Below, in pieces: positions 60,663-64,000 of a stretch of DNA of 64,000 bases. The DNA lies in the NCBI GenBank assembly GCA_051294375.1, contig CM119265.1, positions 11,223,818 through 11,287,817 on the forward strand. The letters are read 5' to 3'. Both the position numbers and the translations under genes were made by a program. This DNA is from Paraspadella gotoi (Eukaryota; Animalia; Chaetognatha). Each line of letters begins with the position of its first letter. Within the stretch, counting starts at the first letter, position 1. The notes beneath the pieces were generated by a model. That model saw only the letters and a list, made by a program, of their open reading frames with translations, was not told where the DNA came from and did not search any database.

Positions 60663-62282
60663 TCTCTTTCACTCATACACGCATTTGTTGTTTTTATGAC
60701 TATCATCGCATCAATGAATGACAATCATCGCATCAATGAATGACAATCATCGCATCACTGAATGACTATCATCACAGCAGTGAATGACTACTCATCGCAT
60801 CAATAATTGATTATCATTGAATCAATAATCAATTCCTATAACATCAATAAATTACTATTACATCAATCAATTAGTATTACCTCAATCAATTACTAGTAAT
60901 CAACAATTCGTTATCGCATGATTCATTCGTTTTTTTCCCCGGTTTTTTTCATTAATTTTCTATGATAGTGGGCTCTGGCTCGATCTTGAGTCTTTTAAGA
61001 TTTTTTTATTTTATGTCTCCTTCTCTCTCTCTCTCTTTTCACTCTCTCTCTTTTCTCTCTCACTCTCTCTCTTCCTCCTCTCTTCTCTCTCTCTCTCTTC
61101 TTTTTATGCAATAGCGACGATCCTTATGCTTTTAAGATTTTTTTAACTTGCATCATTTTTTCAACTTTCATAATTTTTTCAACTTGCATTCCGTCAAAAC
61201 TTTATATCTAGCTTCTTCACTCACTTTCTCACCGGCTCACAAAATTTCATCTCAATCTATCATGGGTAAAATAAATAAAAAGATTCAAGTAAATGTGATC
61301 ATATTTTTTTCATTTAAACTCATTTCCACTGGTACGTTTCCACTGAAACTTTATATCAAGCTTCGTCATACGTTTTCCTACCCCACACACAAAATTTCTA
61401 CTCAATCTACCATCCAATTATGATTAATTGGAGTATTTATTGGTTAAAATAAGTAAAAGATTTTAGTAAATTCGACTTATGTTTTTTCCATTTAAACTAA
61501 TTTCCACTCACACGATTCCATCGAAATTTTATATCCAGCTTTATCACACACTTTCCTACCCACACACAAAATTTAATTCCAATCCAACCAGCCAATAACG
61601 AGTTATTGGAGCTTTTTGCTAAGATGGGACGGATGGACGGATTGATTGACTAATTAATTAATTATTGATTAATTTATTTACTAATTGATTAATTAACTGA
61701 TTAATTATTTGATTTTATTAATACATCCTGCAGTATACATTTAATATAAAAAGGAAAAAGAAGCATAATCAATTAGTAAAACAGGTTTTTTGTTTTTTCC
61801 ATTTAAACTCATTTCCACTCAAACTATTCCATCGAAACTTGATTTCCTGTTCAATCACACACTTTCCTACCCACATACAAAAATTCCAGGTCCAATCAGC
61901 CCATCCACTTACATGAGCAATTGGTGTTCAATAGTGAATATATTTTTTTGGTTTTTTTTCCATTTAAACTCATTTCCACTCGGACGATTCCATCGAAACT
62001 TAATATCCAGCTCAATCACACACTTACCTATCCACACACAAAATTTCATTTAAATCCATCCATCCAATCACGAGTAATTGGTGTTTTTTTGTAAGGTGGG
62101 ACGGACGGACGGACGGACACGACGGACGGCACGGACATCATTTTTTTTGCATAATTTATCATAATTCGATGTTCTGACATGATATAAGTGTGTGCCGACA
62201 ATATTGAGGGGGCGACCGACGGACCGAAAAAGTGAGTTATAAAAAGTGAGTTATAGAGTCGGGATCTGCTGATAAGCAGATC
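59493..62282 (-). mobile_element. Long DINE-1/Helentron-like element, tail-to-tail with the previous copy
   Basis: Same termini reversed; contains CT tracts, ATCATCGCATCAATG repeats and a tRNA-like segment. Confidence 0.8.
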
Positions 62283-62505
62283 GAGACCGTTTCGCCACGT
62301 TATTTTTCATTGTGTCATAAAGCAAAAATGTTGAAAAAAAGGGGTAGAATTTTGATGGGTTCCTTAGATTTCTCCACAATGTGAGGTCCGATTAAAGCGA
62401 AACTTGAGATTTACAATATTCCCGTCATTCCACATCTATCGATATAAAAATATAAGAAAAAAGCCACTGGCTTCTTTTTCTATAGCGGCTTCTTATTTTA
62501 TCTAG

Positions 62506-63199
62506 AAATCTTCGCCAGCGCGGACACGGCTTACGTATTGGCCTATTCCATCATCATGCTAACGACCGATCTCCACAGTTCCAACGTCAAAAACAAGATG
62601 ACCAAGGATCAGTACATCAAGATGAATCGTGGCATCAACGATTCCAAGGATTTGCCCGAGGCTTACCTCAGCGCCATCTACGACCAGATCAAGGGAGAGG
62701 AGATAAAGCTCAAACAAAAGAACAAGGTGCGTCAATCCCGAAATCCCATGAAGATCTCGAATATTTTAATTCTCCTCTTTTCCTCAGGGCAAAGAGACGG
62801 CGGTGATCACGACAGAGAAACAGCGTCGAATCCTCTATCACTCGGAGATGGAGCATATGGCGGCGACGTCCAAGGCGCTAATGGAGAGTTGCTCACATGT
62901 CGTCGCAAATTTCACATCGGCGATGCATCACGAGCACGTTCGGCCCATGTTTAAGGTCAGTTTTAATGTCTCCGACCGACGTTTTAGATGCCCTGATTTT
63001 TCCGCTAAAATTCAAAACAAACTTGTCAATGTGATTATTCTCTCAGCTGTGTTGGACTCCTTTTCTCGCGGCCTTCAGCGTCGGGTTACAGGACTGCGAC
63101 GATCCGGAAATCGCAAATCTTTGCCTGGACGGCATTCGTTGCGCCATAAGAATCGCCTGCATCTTTCACATGGAACTTGAGAGAGACGCTTTCGTTCAG
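62506..63199 (+). CDS. ARFGEF1: BIG1/BIG2-type Arf-GEF, block A (end of Sec7 domain and HDS1; exons 62506-62726, 62788-62955, 63047-63199)
   Basis: [54 protein letters not shown]; EKQRR.LY..EME.MA.T.KALME; [44 protein letters not shown]...LERDAFVQ. Confidence 0.95.
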
Positions 63200-64000
63200 G
63201 TTTACTAATGGGGATGGATAGGAGCCGACGTCGTTCTTAGAGATCGAGAAAGATTTTTTCAATGGAGATTTTTGTACAAATCTGACTACCAAACAATATA
63301 AACGCTCCTGGGAAAAATTCCGGTAAAAAATTGATGTAAAAACAGCGGAATTATAAGTTTGTAAGAGGAAGTCAGAATCGGCGAAAATCTTAAAAGGCGA
63401 GAATGTTGAAAAAAGGGAGAGGAATTTAGGTTGTTTTTGGTCTATTTCTTCTAAATCCACAGGCCAATTTAGACGTAACTTAAGATTTACATTATTCCAG
63501 TCATTCTCTAATCTCTATCCAAAAATATAAAAATATTATGAAAAAAGGTTTGGGATCGACTATAGGAATTTGGTTCTAGTTATTAAATATGTTTTGTTTA
63601 CGTTTTATCAAAACAAACAAATTTTCTCTCTTTTTTTTATATTATTTTTATATTTTTTTCTCTCTCTCTTTTCTCTTTTAATTACATATCTCTCTCCCTC
63701 TCTCTTTTCTCTTTTTCGAGTCTGCAGCTGGCTCTGCAGGGGCTTATTCTTTTTCTCTCTTTTCTCCTGCTGCTTCTGCTGCTGCCTTTTGAATTCTTTC
63801 TTTTTTTCTGGGTGCCTCTGCTGCTGCCACTGCTGATTCGTCCGAAAACGATGTGGCTTCTCTCTCTCTCTCTATCTCTCTCTCTCTGCGTTTTAATTAA
63901 AAAAAAAATTTATGGTTCCAAATGAAAATCTTATATAAGACACAATGAAAAATGGCGTAACGTTACTGTTCCGTGCATAAAAAAAATTCACTGTTCAATA

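Noticed and set aside
57314-61423. Many 60-190-aa ORFs rich in L/S/F or R/E
   Set aside because: Translations of CT/GA microsatellites and HINE repeats.
63907-63924. 18-nt match (AATTTATGGTTCCAAATG) to the predicted missing DIRS terminus
   Set aside because: Too short and AT-rich, and the match does not continue.

Overview
AT-rich, repeat-dense, intron-rich animal (probably invertebrate) genomic DNA from a draft assembly, with N gaps at 11125-11149, 17810-17909 and 39616-40311. Three host genes are visible. (i) A minus-strand BTB/POZ protein with a polyQ tract and an RRM-like C-terminus (about 0.5-4.2 kb). (ii) A complete 8-exon GMP reductase gene on the minus strand (4836-15216). (iii) 19 exons of a BIG1/BIG2-type Sec7 Arf-GEF (ARFGEF), all on the + strand but in four blocks whose genomic order is the exact reverse of protein order (62.5-63.2 kb, then 43.2-51.3 kb, then 30.9-32.2 kb, then 19.6-20.1 kb). 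Reading phases match at every block junction. This is either a scrambled/trans-spliced locus or, more probably, a scaffolding and gap-filling artefact. The introns hold many elements: DINE-1/Helentron-like repeats, hAT and Kolobok MITEs, Penelope-like elements with six minimal hammerhead ribozymes, a DIRS retroelement with an unusually placed internal complementary region plus a mini non-autonomous relative, a TRIM with a tRNA-like module in its LTR, and a 255-bp element made almost entirely of hairpins with 4-bp TSDs. All coordinates and translations were read by eye; no database searches were run.
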